Shown: positions 38,731 to 52,089 of the stretch, one piece after another
How positions within the stretch are numbered: position 1 is the stretch's first letter
Layout: each line of letters begins with the position of its first letter
Origin: Podarcis gaigeae
Lineage: Eukaryota
DNA length: 64,000 nt
Reading direction: 5' to 3' (one strand)
Assembly: GCA_964106915.2 (NCBI GenBank)
Contig: OZ066914.1
Notes under the pieces: model-generated
Databases searched by the model: none
What the model was told of the DNA's origin: nothing
The model's input: the letters and a program-made list of their open reading frames with translations, nothing else
Made by a program: the position numbers and the translations under genes

Positions 38731-41700
38731 CCACACTTTAGAGATCAGAGCACACATACAAGACATTTGAAATCTTAACTGACTATTTATCCATGCTCTG
38801 GCAGAATTCAAGGTACTAGCATTAACCTTTAAAGCTTTTAGTGGCCCAGGAACAACACACCCTAAGAACACACCCTTTTCTCATATAAATAAATACTTTT
38901 TTTTAAAAAAAGTAACTTTAACTTGATTTGTGCTTGACTATTGTGTATTTTGTGAAACATGTCGCTTAGCTGTACATATCAGGCTTGGCAGCCTGCAATT
39001 TTTGCAACCTTTATTATAGGTTATGGAGGGAAATATGACTTACCATGATGTACAGGGAATGTTTAACTTTATACCACTTAAGTGTAACTAAATAAACCCC
39101 TTCAAAGATGAGTCCTGTCTCACACTTGACTGCAAACGAAGGACATCATTTATCCTCTGGAGCCAATCTGTCTTACTAAAGATATATTTAAGTGCAGAAG
39201 ATACAATGCCATCACACTTTTCTTTTATTTGCAAAGAATGACATGTAAGGGGATAATTTGTTACTCACAGGGTTTAAAGAGCAAATTGGAGTAGTCAACA
39301 TAATTATTGCCTTGCTCTTTAAAAAAAAATGACAATGCAGTCCTCTTTAGATCATTTTGCATGAACTTATTCTGTGAAGCCCAATGGATTGAAACAAAAA
39401 TAATGGGCAACGTAATGCTTACTCTGTGGTTAGAATAAAGATCTGCAGTAATGTAATCCAAGGAAAGCTTATTCAAATAAATTATGATTAAGCAGATTTG
39501 CCAATATCTGGATATTTTGCACAATTGATTCTGCTTCTGAAATGCTTGAGTGTAGCACTGTATAAGGTGCTGTGTGAGTGCAAGAGAGATATGCAAACTA
39601 ACGCTCCAGCCCTGACCTCCTGAAATTCAAGATTCTATGTTGCTTCTAGATTGGACTTCCTTAGAGTTGTCATTTAGCCTGTTATACACAACTTCCTGCC
39701 TACTCTGGATTATTCTACTTGCTTCTGGCCCTTCTGAACATCAGCTGCTGCTTTTGGAACTCAACTCCTTGCTTGTCTTGGATAATACTCCTAACTTGTT
39801 CAGGTTGACAGCTTGCTCCCCAGAGCATGAAAACTGAACTACTGCTGCCCAGGACTACCAGAACCCAAGTTTTTATAGGCCTCCCTGTGATTAAAGTGTA
39901 TCATGATTATTAGATTATATACCATCCCTAGTGGAACATACCAGTATTAACATCTCCTGCATAACCAAAGTAGTAGAGCCATTTATTGTTGTTTAGAATA
40001 AGTCATCACAGAACATAGTCAATACACAATTTTAAAACTCCTGTGTTATGTTTCTTTAAGTTGTGTTTTAAAACTGCTACCGTGAGTTTTATGGCAATAA
40101 AAATAAATATGCTTCTCTACTTGTGAGTCATAAGTAATACTTGGCTATGGTCACAGAGACCATGGGAATTCTGCATTCTGAAACCAAATATCTGTAACAC
40201 TTGACATTTCCGGATGTCTGCATCTGTTTACATGAGGAGTGTAGTAAGCAGTTGAAAAAAAATTCACTGGGAGTTTTCAGAGCCATCCAAGACAGCAATA
40301 AACAGCAAGCACCAAGATCCACAGCTTTAAATCAAAACTTTTTAAGGGCTTTTCATTACTCCAAGGGTCAGTGAAATGGAAGCAAATTCACTCAAGTTTT
40401 CCTATGAACCCATAAAGCCCATTGTCAAGGGTATATTTTGTGTGCGTTTATGAGTGCTTTCCTGATCAATTGACCAATCAATTTATTGAACCAGTCAGCA
40501 GACGTCACAATGAAATTTATACGTTCATTATCACAAAAGATATCACATGTTCGTTTAACTCTATTGACAGTTTGCTGAATATTAATTTGCTTTGACTATT
40601 GAATTCACCCACTTCAAGGCATACTGCAGTTGTAATAAACAGACACATCAAAACTACTTTGTGAAATCAACAAGTTATGTAGCACTGCTGTTTTATTTTT
40701 TATCAAAAGAGCTTGCATGGATAGCAGTATGCTCAGAAGATTTAGAACACTGATCCATTGGCTGCTATCAGCTGGAAATGGGGCTCTGGAGAGTCTCTAG
40801 GAAAATCACTACATTAGGGCCAAAGCAGATGTCACACAGTCTCTTGCCTTATTGTAAATAAAAAGCAAGGAGCTGCCAATATGAATGGAGCAACAGCATG
40901 AGGGACTTCCCAACCTTTCCCCTTTTTTGGAATTATACTGCTCAAACATGGCCCTCTCAAGTGGCTTTACTATTTTTGAACAAAAATATATTTGACACTG
41001 GCTACCACAAAGAATATCCTTGATCCATTTTGGTTCTATTTAGAGTGAGGAGAGCACACACCTGTAAATCCAAACGGCATTGTACAGGTAGTGTGTCCTG
41101 TTGTGTCTTTAGCAAGAACCCATGAAGCAAGGCAACCAGTGTCTCAGCACTTTAGATAGCTCCAGTGTTCAGATGAAAGCAAGAGTTCGCCTGAGGTTTC
41201 ATAACTCCTGCAGTCCAGATTACCTCTCCTAATCTCCATCCCTTCCCCACCTGTTCTCTTAGGTCAGCTTCCTGGACACAATGGGAGTGGCCCTCCCAAT
41301 ACCTGAGGGTATTGGGTCTACAGCTCCATGGCTGTCAGCTGGGCCAAATAATTGATTAGTCCTCAGATTTATCCAACCCTCCCCAGCAACTGCTCCAACC
41401 AGGCATAAACCAAAAGAACAGTTTTTTCCTTGGAAATGGTTCAATGAGTAATACATATTGACCCTTTCCTTCATTTAACTCCCTTTTAATGGCATGAAAT
41501 TCATTCATTGTACTAAATGACAAAAACATGGTCATTATATAATCCTTTCACTTACATTAGAGGGCTGCTTAAGTCAAACCTCAAGTTCCATAATCGAGTT
41601 CTAAGTTCAGTCAGTGGTGGTCTAGGATTGTACAGCTAGTCAATGGTACAGAAGCAGAGGAGAGTGAAAAGCGTCATCAGCAGGAGCAGAAGTTGGACTG

Positions 41701-42933
41701 TCACAGTCTCTTTTAAAGGTACATAAACACATGTCACAACAAAATGTCACAGTGATCACTTTATCATTCTGTAACTTTATAGCTAGGAATCAGTCTGATA
41801 TTTCAGAAATGTCATCATCAAAATGCAATTTATATGTAAAATGATAAAGACTTTTATTTTTAAAGAAAAAAGTGACTATTTGCTAAATGGCTAGAAATGA
41901 CTCCAAACAGCATGCAGCTGCATGTAACAAACTTCATTATTACTCTTACAATATAGTCCTCGGAGACAGTTTTCTGGTGTATGAATGGAGCTGCTTTTGT
42001 TATCTTTCTGGGCTATTGATAAGTTTGCACTTAACAAAAGCAGCTTGCTGGTCACAATTGTCGAGCTATTGATTTTTCTCAGCTACTTCTGCATTACCTT
42101 TGTTTCCTTTACTCTGCAAATAGTGATCCCTGTGGTGAAATAGCATTAGAGGGGCAGTATGATAAACTCTATTGTTGCTGAATGTCTCCCTTTGAAAATT
42201 TCCACTGGGATGGTGATGGCACTTGCTCATTGCTCTGTACACTTCCAATAATCTTACCCATTGAACACCATCTATTTTCTTGCTCAGATAGATGCAGGAC
42301 TTGAGATTCTGAACAAAGTAAAATGCCATCCCGGCAGCATGGAACACAAAAGGGACTATAATTGCAGGAGCCTTTACATTCATACTACAAGACTTCATCA
42401 AGAGAATGAGAAAGTGTATCATGTCTGTGTTCCTATTGTTCAGTCATGCACAATGAATATATTTATCACTCTGTGATTTTTCCAGATAGTCTGGGGGTAG
42501 GGGGAACTACAACCTTCAGAGCAACAAAATCGTATCAGAAAGCCAAACCTCAATTTTCTGTTTAACAAGCAGTCATCTAGCTAATCCATGTAAAATAAAA
42601 ACAAATGTCAAATATATTTTTGTGCCTGTTGCATCAAAGGGCACAGATACTTGCTTATAACATTCAGAAATAAAATTAGTGAGTTTATACAATCAAGATT
42701 CAGAGCATCATTTCAGAATTATTATTCTATGGTTACTACCCTTAGAAATCTGCTTTGCCAAAACCCTTTTAACAGAACCCTTTTTTGTAATGCAAACTGC
42801 AGACACGGTTTAAAATTTAAAGGTTTAAAGTTCCCCCTTCACATGCTGGAGTCCTAATCCAGATCATGAGCCCCATAGTGTAAATTTGGAAAGAAAATAT
42901 ACCCCTGCATTTAAGGGATGACCTACTTAGGAT

Positions 42934-43085
42934 AATAGAATTGTAGAACTGGAAGGGACCCCAAGGGTCATATAGTCCAACCCCCTGCAATGCAGGAATG
43001 CTGCTCACAGCTGTTCTTTGGGAGGCTCCAACCAACAATCTTCTGGCTAACAGCCAGATGCACTGATCCATTGCACCACAGGAGG
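42934..43085 (-). mobile_element. SINE with tRNA-like head and CR1-type tail
   Basis: TAGAATTGTAGAACTGGAAGGGACC...AGTCCAACCCCCTGCAATGCAGGAAT. Confidence 0.7.
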
Positions 43086-43445
43086 ATTAACATTATGTGC
43101 ACTTTGGAACTCAGGGCTAGTTGATGACTGCTACTCCTAATGTGCAAATAGACTAGACCATCACAGAAATGAGAGTGCAGACAGAACTTTCATGTTATCT
43201 TAGATCATTTGAAACACAGCAGTTTTCAAAAGAAACTGTTCACTTCCTTGGCTGTAGAGTGCTCAAGGAGCAGATAAGCTAAGGATGGTGTTCTTCTGAT
43301 GGAAGGCATCCATGGAAAACTGCCTCCCACCCCAAACCACTGGTGGATGTCTTCCCTCAATAAAAGGACGCTAACAGAACATTTACATATATGTGATGAC
43401 TAAATCTGCATAAAATAAAGAATGCCAGAGTTTTCCAATCTTATA

Positions 43446-43686
43446 CAGTGGTACCTCAGCTTACAAACGCTTTGGGTTACAAACACTTTGGATTACAAAC
43501 TCCGCTAACCTGGAAGTAGTACCTCAGGTTGAGAACTTTGCCCCAGGATGAGAACGGAAATTGTGCACTGGTGGCGCAGCAGCAGCAGGAGGCCCCATTA
43601 GCGAAAGTGCGCCTCAGGTTAAGAACGGTTTCGGGTTAAGAATGGACCTCCGGAATGAATTAAGTTTGTAACCCGAGGTACCACTG
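43446..43686. mobile_element. Tc1/mariner-type MITE, copy 3
   Basis: TA-CAGTGGTACCTC...GAGGTACCACTG-TA. Confidence 0.9.
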
Positions 43687-43982
43687 TACTCTTCTAGGCT
43701 ATGATGAGCCATAGTATTTTTGTTTCTTTGAAACCATTTAAATTTGACAGAGGAGTGAAAATAAAACAAACTCACTATGAAAAGATAGATCTTGGATTCC
43801 CATATTCTTTTATCAGTGCTCAAATGTTTTACTATAAATATATTCATGCAGTGTTGTAACATTTAACTGATACTCCAGATCTTTATCTCCATCAAACTCA
43901 AGACTAAGAGATCAAACACATTTAACCTATTCAGAAACAAAGTTACAATAAAAGCTACAAGTTTAAGTGATGTTACAAATGC

Positions 43983-44129
43983 CAGTGGCGTAGCGTGGGT
44001 TGTCAGCACCCGGGGCAAGGCAAGTAATTTGCACCCCCTAACCCGTGGATTTGCGCCCCCTAATCCTAACCCCCAGATGTTGCGCCCGGTGCGGCCAGCC
44101 CCCCCTGCACCCCCCACGCTACGCCACTG
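43983..44129. mobile_element. hAT MITE, CpG-retaining (young)
   Basis: Perfect 17-bp TIR CAGTGGCGTAGCGTGGG; perfect 8-bp TSD ACAAATGC (43975-43982, 44130-44137). Confidence 0.92.
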
Positions 44130-46972
44130 ACAAATGCAAACCAGATATGAAAACTCTGGACGAGTCCTATAGCTGTATGGTACACTTAGGGGTGGCTCTT
44201 TCACAGCTCCAGTAAGTATGATGCACACATATCAGAGCATTGTCTGAATTGTGATTTCTTATAATGCACAGATGAGCCAAAGCCTGCTCTGATGTAATAT
44301 TTTTTTCATTTGCCATTATGTGCAGAGCACAATCCATCAAAAGTTAGTAGTGACAGTCAAAATAATGTCCCACTGAAATCAATGAAACTTAAGATAGCAG
44401 TAAATAAGACCTATTTCATTGTTTTCTCTGAGGGTTATACATGACAGGAGAAGTATTGCAACCACTAACGGCATAGGGAAGTGACCAGAGCCCGTGCTCT
44501 ATAACTAAGCCATGGCCCTTCCACGATGCTGCAAAGTACCTTTTCACCTAACTCATCTCAGTAAACATACGCTCCTTTGAATCCTAGAGCCCAAATGGCA
44601 TCACTAAGTATCTATTGTAACTTCATCTATTAACAGACATAAATGAACCTAAGTAAGATTTGGGATAAAAAGGCACCCCGTGTAAAATATTCATATAGAC
44701 ATTTATGGCTGGGTGGCATTCAATCCTGTGCTAAGAGGGGTTTGCACATGGGGAATGTGGTCTGCTTGTGTGGTGGGACTTTATCTCTTCTCCCCCACAC
44801 CCTGGACCAGCTAAACCAGTTCTGGGTTTTTCCCCAACACGCCAGAACAAATTTAGGGGGCAGGGTGAGCAGGGCGAAAGTCTTACTGCATGAGCAGACT
44901 TCATTCTCTGCGCACAACAAATTAGTTGAATCCTCCCTGATATATGTTGCTCAATATGCACGCCATAATCACACACACCCTATGAGATAAAATTTGCACC
45001 TACTTATTAATTTTGGCTATCAATACTGTAATAAAATACAATTGAGAACATTCATATCAGGATAAATAATAACATTAAAATGTATCTATGGGTCGTCAGG
45101 CCATGGGAATGGGTCAACAGCCTGAACCAGTTATTACTTCCGTAGGTATGTTTACATTTGGTTTATTGTACTTGGCTTGATTTTCAGAGACTAAGAAAAA
45201 TTCTTCCAACATGAGGATAACGACAAGTAAGCTGACATGGATTGGCCACAGAAATAGCAATGTCATCTGCACACATGGATTGTTTATGACTCTGGAATGT
45301 GTCACCATGCCTTTTATATCTAGTTTCTCATAGGCATCTGGTTGGCCACTGTGAGAACAGGATGCAGGGCTGATCCAGCAGGTTTCTTCTAATGTTCTTA
45401 GATTGTCTCATGATGCAGTTGGCAAGCATTCTGCTGCCAATAGCAAAAAATAAGGATGAAAGAGACAGCTCAGTGAAGTGTCACAGTATGACAGAAAAAT
45501 GATTGTTACTTAACAGAGAAGCACAAGTTTCATTGGTCCAAAATTCATCAAAAGCAACAGGGATTTCAAAAATCTCCAATTTCATTTGTTTTTCCCATAC
45601 CTCTAAGATGACTGATACAGTCCTTTAGCCACATTGATATCATAAACGGTTGTCCTCACACTATTGGACACTGTTCTTTTGGTAATAAATCATGTTGGAT
45701 CTGGATAGCTGAAATAAGACTGCGGGAATTTCTATAGTTTGTGCTCTTAAATATCACTCTAAACAAAACAAACCTTGAAAATTTCAGAACAGTTTGGATT
45801 CTGCAGACACGTGTGCACACATTGCGGTAAACCTTGTTTTCCCCTCTTTCCCTTACAGTCCATGCATAGGCACAGGTTCATGACCTCTGTTTGGTTAAGG
45901 AACATTATACTGAGTTCAAGGACAGTGGCAAGAGGGTAGGGATATAGGAGGCATGCACAGGTCTCCCAATGCCCACCATGGTCTGGTGCAGTGACCAAGT
46001 TTTTAAAGTTCTATAAGTTGCATATTATTATGTTTATTATATTGTAGTTCACTCTGGGATTTCTTTTTTAAATGAAGAACAATCTTCTAAATAAATAAAA
46101 AAATTCAAGTTAGATATTTGTGTGTATGTGAGAGAGAGAGGCAACTAATCATACAGAGAAATTGCATGAAATGCTATGAATAAATTTTATAGTGTTATTT
46201 TCCCCAAATTCTACCTTATCCCAAAAATGAACCATGATAATTAGCAGATCAGTTGCTTCAGTGAAAGCTCATGCACTTAATCTTTTATTCTTGCATTGGG
46301 AAACTTCATTTCTATATCAAAAGTCACGTAGAACATGGAAATAATAAAGTCTATGAATATAATGGGAGAAATCATTATATTTGTGTTTCTATATTCCCTT
46401 AATATGACATTTACAGAACTAACCATTACCTAGGGCCAAACTGTGCCTTTGCATACTTGTGCACAGCTCTTCTTGAATTTAATGGGATTTGAATGCAAGT
46501 ATCTCAGAGATGCTTGGTCCTCTGGTTTCTACAGGAAAATAGAATTTTAAGGTCAAGTAAAGGTCAAAGTGACACTGTCACCAATTAAACAAATCTGAGC
46601 AAGTGCTATATTTCTTTTTAAACAAAACCCCACAACTCAGGCTATGCAGTTTGCTGAATTGAAATAATTGTGACCAGTAAATATTCCATCTGTATGTATG
46701 CATTCATTCATCTACCTTTGTGTGTGTGCTGACACGTGTTTAAATTCTTCATTGCAAGGGGTGGGGGAACTGTTTTGGAAATATTTACCAAAACCGATCA
46801 AAGCCCCATAGGAGTACATTTATAATCTGTTTATATCTATCTGATCCTTTCCCTATGGAGTTCAGCGTTTATAGCTGTTTTTAGGGGGCACGGGGGGCTG
46901 CAGGGAGAGGAGAGGATGGACAACTTCTATTCCATGAATTTCCTTAAGCTAACACATCTTAGGATCCAAACC

Positions 46973-47097
46973 CAGTGCTTTTTTCCTTAAAAAAATGTTT
47001 AGGGGTACTCTCATTTTCCTACTCATACTGAAATACTGTCCCTCAAAGACGCCAAGCCTAGATTCACAAAATGTTTAGGGGTATGTGTACCCCTGCA
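46973..47097. mobile_element. hAT MITE lacking its right TIR; paralog of 59547-59905
   Basis: CAGTGCTTTTT...TTTAGGGGTACTCTCATT...ATTCACAAAATGTTTAGGGGTATGTGTACCCCTGC shared with the 59.5-kb copy. Confidence 0.8.
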
Positions 47098-47258
47098 GGA
47101 TCCTTATAATAAAGCTATTACATACAATCATGGCATGTTATAACAGAATAACAGGCAGGGGAGGATGCTTGTATAGTCATGCCAAGTTTGTTAAGGCTGT
47201 TCCCACAAGCTTTTCTATTTAGTAGAATCATTATATATATATATATATTCAGTTAATC

Positions 47259-48725
47259 CAGTGTTTCCCAACCGGTGTGCCGCGGCACACTAGTGTGCCG
47301 CCGGACGTTGCCTAGTGTGCCGTGGGAGGGAGGCGGGCGAGTCGGGCTAATCCTCCGATGAGCTCCACCTCCAGACCCATTGCTCAAATCCTTTAACCCA
47401 GGAGGGCGGGGAGAAAGGGTGGGAAAAAAGAAGGGGAAGAGAAAATATTTTTTTTAAAAAAGGAAAGAGAGGGAAAAAAGCGAGGGATGGAGGAAGGGGA
47501 ATAAACAGAAGGGGAGGACAATGAAGAGGGGCGGGGCTTGGCAGGCAGCAGATAACTGGGGAGGGGGCGCGGCTGGCGGCGGCTCAAGGCAGGAAGGGAG
47601 GAGCTGCCTCGCGGAGAGTCTTGGGCTGCAGAGATTTCCCGTTCAGGAGCGCGGGAGGCCACGCCGTGGATGGGAATCTCCTCCTCCTCTTCCTCCTCCT
47701 CCTCCAGGAGAGAGGGTGGTCCGCCCCACCGAGTCGGGCGTGCTCAAGCGTGGGAGCCTATAGTTAGAGCTCAGCTCCTTTTCTTGCCTTCCCCGCCCCC
47801 CCCCACGGAGCACATTTTCCTCGCCCCCCCAACCCCCGCATGTAGAATAGAAGCCCTCCAGCCTCCACGGTGCACAAACTCTCCCCTCTGCAACGAAGCG
47901 CTTTGTTGCATATCTTTGGTGAGGTTTTTAGGCAGTCTTGGTGCACCTTAAATCAGCGCTAATTGCGCCTGGACGCAGTATTTACTTCCGAGTAGGCCCC
48001 CTCCCCCCCCCCGGTAGCACCTGACGTTGCTATTCGTATCATCAGGTTTGTTTGTTGATAATTTAATTGTTTTAAAAGCATCATGCTAAAGAGCTCTCTC
48101 CCACCCCCAGACCCTTGGGCAAAACAGAAACACACACACATACACAAACACAGAGATTGAGCCCTGCAGGTTTTATGAAATGAATGGATTCTGAATGCCT
48201 GTTTCAGTGGCTTGTCCGCCTTAGGCTGCTGGGCCAGACACCTGTTACACGGTGCAGTCCGTAAGCTGTGAGCGCTGCTACCTGCCGCCGAGACCACGTA
48301 ACGACAGTCTTGAAAGACCTACATTGGCTCCCAGTACCTTTCCGAGCACAATTCAAAGTGTTGGTGCTGACCTTTAAAGCCCTAAGCGGTTTCGGTCCAG
48401 TATACCTGAAGTAGCGTCTCCGCCACCATCGTTCAGCCCAGACACTGAGATCCAGTGCCAAGGGCCTTCTGGCAATTCCCTCACTGTGAAAAGTGAGGTT
48501 ACAGGGAACCAGGCAGAGGGCCTTCTCAGTAGTGGCGCCCGCCCTGTGGAATGCCCTCCCATCAGACATCAAAGAGATAACCATTACCTTCTATGCTGTT
48601 ACTATTTTTTTATTTTTTTTTACATAAGTAAAAAGTGACCTTTCCCCATCTGGCATGGTGGTGTGCCTCGAGATTTTTTTCATGAAACAAGTGTGCCTTT
48701 GCCCAAAAAAGGTTGGGAAACACTG
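47259..48725. mobile_element. Non-autonomous hAT DNA transposon (1467 bp) carrying captured CpG-rich and L2 sequence
   Basis: Perfect 15-bp TIR CAGTGTTTCCCAACC / GGTTGGGAAACACTG; perfect 8-bp TSD AGTTAATC (47251-47258, 48726-48733); GTGTGCC subterminal repeats at both ends; no transposase ORF. Confidence 0.92.
48282..48581 (+). mobile_element. L2 ORF2 3' fragment inside the hAT element
   Basis: Translates as ...DHVTTVLKDLHWLPVPFRAQFKVLVLTFKAL... (typical L2 C-terminus); highly similar to the 61455-61972 copy; no 3' tail. Confidence 0.88.
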
Positions 48726-48733
48726 AGTTAATC

Positions 48734-48774
<41 letters not shown>

Positions 48775-48795
48775 TTATATATATATATATATATT
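48734..48795. repeat. (TA)n microsatellite with ATCATT interruption
   Basis: Directly visible; the same ATCATT(AT)nTC unit occurs at about 47227-47250. Confidence 0.9.
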
Positions 48796-50444
48796 CTTGC
48801 ATGGTGCATTAATTATATGTATTGGATACCTCAGACATATATATATAAAAGACTCAAAAGTCACATCACACAATGTGAGCATAAATGATAGTAATATGTT
48901 TAAGGTAGAGAGCTTGTTGACCTTTATGAATTCAGCCGCTAAGGCAGTTGATAAGAAAGAGATGTTTCATTAAAACTGAATTGTAGTGTTCTCCTCCCTC
49001 CCTCCCTCCCTCTCTCTTTGTATCTTAAATCTTTACTAGCTCCATTTTGTAATATTAAAATCATTTACATGAATGATTATGGGTCTTGTCCTTAAACGGT
49101 TGCCCATTGCCCTAAAGAAAATGTTTATGACCTGAGCAGAATAATTATATTCTCCTATTAAATATCACTCCTTCAGGCCTAGTTATTGTTGAGGGTAAAT
49201 GTGCCACTTTATATGCAAATAAAAAGTTCTGCATACATCTACTGACAAATCATCTTATTATGTTTTACATTAACTGACAGAACATCTAGTGGGATGAAAT
49301 GTTAATAGAGTTCAACAGGATCTTCCATATTGCTTTGCTCACATGAAATCCTAGTTATGTGGAAGCCATGGTCTATGAAGAGAGGGGAGTTTAAATGTTG
49401 CAGACCCACCAACTCCAGTAGTTATCAGATCCCCTCCTCCAAACCGTGAAGTCAGCTAACCTTTTATTTTTATTATTATTATTACCCACTCTACTCCAGT
49501 GTGGAGTAGAACAATTATTTAAAATTCATTTTAGTTCCTATTTCTCTTAATATACACATTATACTGCAATATATATTATGCACACATTTTCTGTAACACA
49601 ATGCATTATACATATAATTTTCACAAATGAGTGTATCTTTATGCACACTAATTTATGCATTCTTGTACATATTTCTTAATCAGAGAACTACATACAGAAC
49701 TCAGAAAGGTGGACATTTCAAAGGAAAGCTATGTATTGTTTTAGGGTGTGTAAAATATGTAGGTGCACATTAAAATGTGAACTGAACCAAAAAAATTTCT
49801 CATCCCTAGCTGCAGAGGGAAGGGAAATCAGTAGATCTCAGTCCTGGTTGGAAAAACAGTTAGGATTCGTCATAATTTTTATTCAACAGCTGATCAGAAA
49901 CATCTTGATTTATACAAAGCTCCTTCTAATATTGTGAAAGTGGGTTGGAGAAAAAGAATGATGCTCAAATTGTTCTTTTTAGTGTGGCAGAGAGACCACT
50001 ATATTTCACTATATTTCAGACGAGAGCCTTTCATTTCAAGATAATGTACTGACTTAATCACCACTTTCCAAAACACAAAGCATCCAATCACTTTCCCCTC
50101 CTCTTTTGTTTTTTTTTTTTTAAAAAGAACAGTTGCTTTTCGATCTATCTGTGCATGATTTTCCACCCACAAGTCTCACCCTATATATGGCAATTCTTTT
50201 CCACTCCCACCAAGCTTATTTTTGTAACTATATTGAAATCTTATGCATAATGATGGAAGCGTTGCTATGGAGATTGTGTGTGATTTGTCATGAGGAAAAT
50301 CTATTGTGTTTGAGATCATTCTCCACATTAATGACCTGAGAATCTTTTTGCTTTCATCCTCAGGGGAGTAGGGGGGGGGGACTACCTACATAGATATCAA
50401 GCCCTACAAACAAAATAAAACCTTATGAACATCAATGGGTGTTA

Positions 50445-51150
50445 ATAGAATCATAGAATTGCAGAATTGTAAAGGGGTCATCTAGTCCAACTCCCTGCAA
50501 TGCAGGAATGTCAACTAGATCATACATGACAGATGGCCATCCAACCTCTGCTTGAAAACCTCTAATCACCATCATTTTTAGAAGAGTCCACCGCCTCTTG
50601 TGGGAATAGGTTCCACTGTCATACAGCTTTTATCATCAGAAAGTTCTTTTCCTGTAACTTGAATCCATTAGTTCAAGTCCTAGCCTCTGCAGGAGAAAAC
50701 CAGCTTGCTCCATGTGACAGCCCTTTAGATATTTGAAGATGGCTATCAAATCTCCTCTCAGTCACCTCTTTTCCATGCTAAACATACCTGATTCCCTCAA
50801 CTACTCCTCATAAGGCTTGTTTTCCAGACCCTTGATCATCTTGGTCACCCTCCTCTACACAAGTTCCAGTTTGTCAATATCCTTCTTAAACTGTGCTGCC
50901 CAGAACTGGACACAGTACTCCAGGTATGGTCTGACCAAGGCAGAATAGAGTGGTACTATTACTTCCCTTGATCTGGACACTATATTTCTGTTGATGCAGT
51001 CTAGAACAGCATTCATTTTTTATTTTATTTTTTGCTGCTGCATCACGCTGTTGACTCATGGTAAGCTTGAGGTCTACTAAGACCCCTAGATCCTTTTCAC
51101 ATCTTTACCTTTACTGGCAATCCAAGTGTACTCCATGTGTGCTGCTGGTT
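50445..51150 (-). mobile_element. CR1 LINE, 5'-truncated 3' portion
   Basis: TAGAATCATAGAAT tail (ATTCTATG repeat on minus); CCAGAACTGGACACAGTACTCCAGG reads LEYCVQFW on the minus strand, a CR1 ORF2 motif. Confidence 0.88.
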
Positions 51151-51400
51151 CTTCCTGCACACAGAGGCTAATACTATCACTCACAGATGGTATATAATTA
51201 AGCACATTTAAGAGTCTGTGGTCTCATGAATCCTGTATAAGAAAATGTTTAAGTGTCTTCACAATTAATTATTTTCTCCTCTTGAAATATCCTGAAACAC
51301 TGCAATTAAACTGGTATGCATCTACTTAAGATGACAATCTCAATCTATATATGTGTAGAAGTAGTTAGAAAACTCTAATATACAATGCCCTCGATCCATG

Positions 51401-51600
51401 NNNNNNNNNNNNNNNNNNNNNNNNNNNNNNNNNNNNNNNNNNNNNNNNNNNNNNNNNNNNNNNNNNNNNNNNNNNNNNNNNNNNNNNNNNNNNNNNNNNN
51501 NNNNNNNNNNNNNNNNNNNNNNNNNNNNNNNNNNNNNNNNNNNNNNNNNNNNNNNNNNNNNNNNNNNNNNNNNNNNNNNNNNNNNNNNNNNNNNNNNNNN
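51401..51600. other. Assembly gap (200 N)
   Basis: Run of N; true size unknown. Confidence 1.
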
Positions 51601-51863
51601 CCACTCAGAAGCAATTCAGGCTATCCAGTTTGCACCAAACTATAGCTAAAATCTTAGCTTCAGATTACAACAAGGTGGCAATTTTATTTCTCCCATACCC
51701 TACAAACCAGCTGAGGCTCAGGGAAATCTAAGAGAAAATGCATATTAACTGCTTAGAAGCTCCAAGTTTTCAAGGGTGACCATAGCTTTCTCAAGAGACT
51801 GAAGTCAATCACTTAAAGAGAAAGATAATAACATGGAAGGGAGTTTCCGAACATGGAAAGATA

Positions 51864-52089
51864 CAGTGGTACCTCGGGTTAAGAACTTAATTCATTCCGG
51901 AGGTCCATTCTTAACCTGAAACTGTTCTGAACCTGAAGCACCACTTTAGCTAATGGGGCCTCCCACTGTCACCACGCGGCCGCTGCATGATTTCTGTTCT
52001 CATCCTGAAGCAAATTTTTTAACCCGAGGTACTATTTCTGGGTTAGCAGAGTCTGTAACCTGAAGCGTCTGTAACCCGAGGTACCACTG
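51864..52089. mobile_element. Tc1/mariner-type MITE, copy 4
   Basis: TA-CAGTGGTACCTCGGGTT...AACCCGAGGTACCACTG-TA. Confidence 0.9.

Noticed and set aside
39560-39952. LTR-like segments (also about 16565-17000, 28720-29280 and 41050-41410)
   Set aside because: Composition suggests old LTRs, but I could not define both termini or a TSD, so they are not listed as features.
47330-48020. Second CpG island read as the promoter of a local gene (ORF MGISSSSSSS...)
   Set aside because: It lies wholly between hAT TIRs with a perfect TSD, so it is transposon cargo; the ORFs are low-complexity.
51365-51649. Poly-X ORFs
   Set aside because: Artefact of the 200-N gap.
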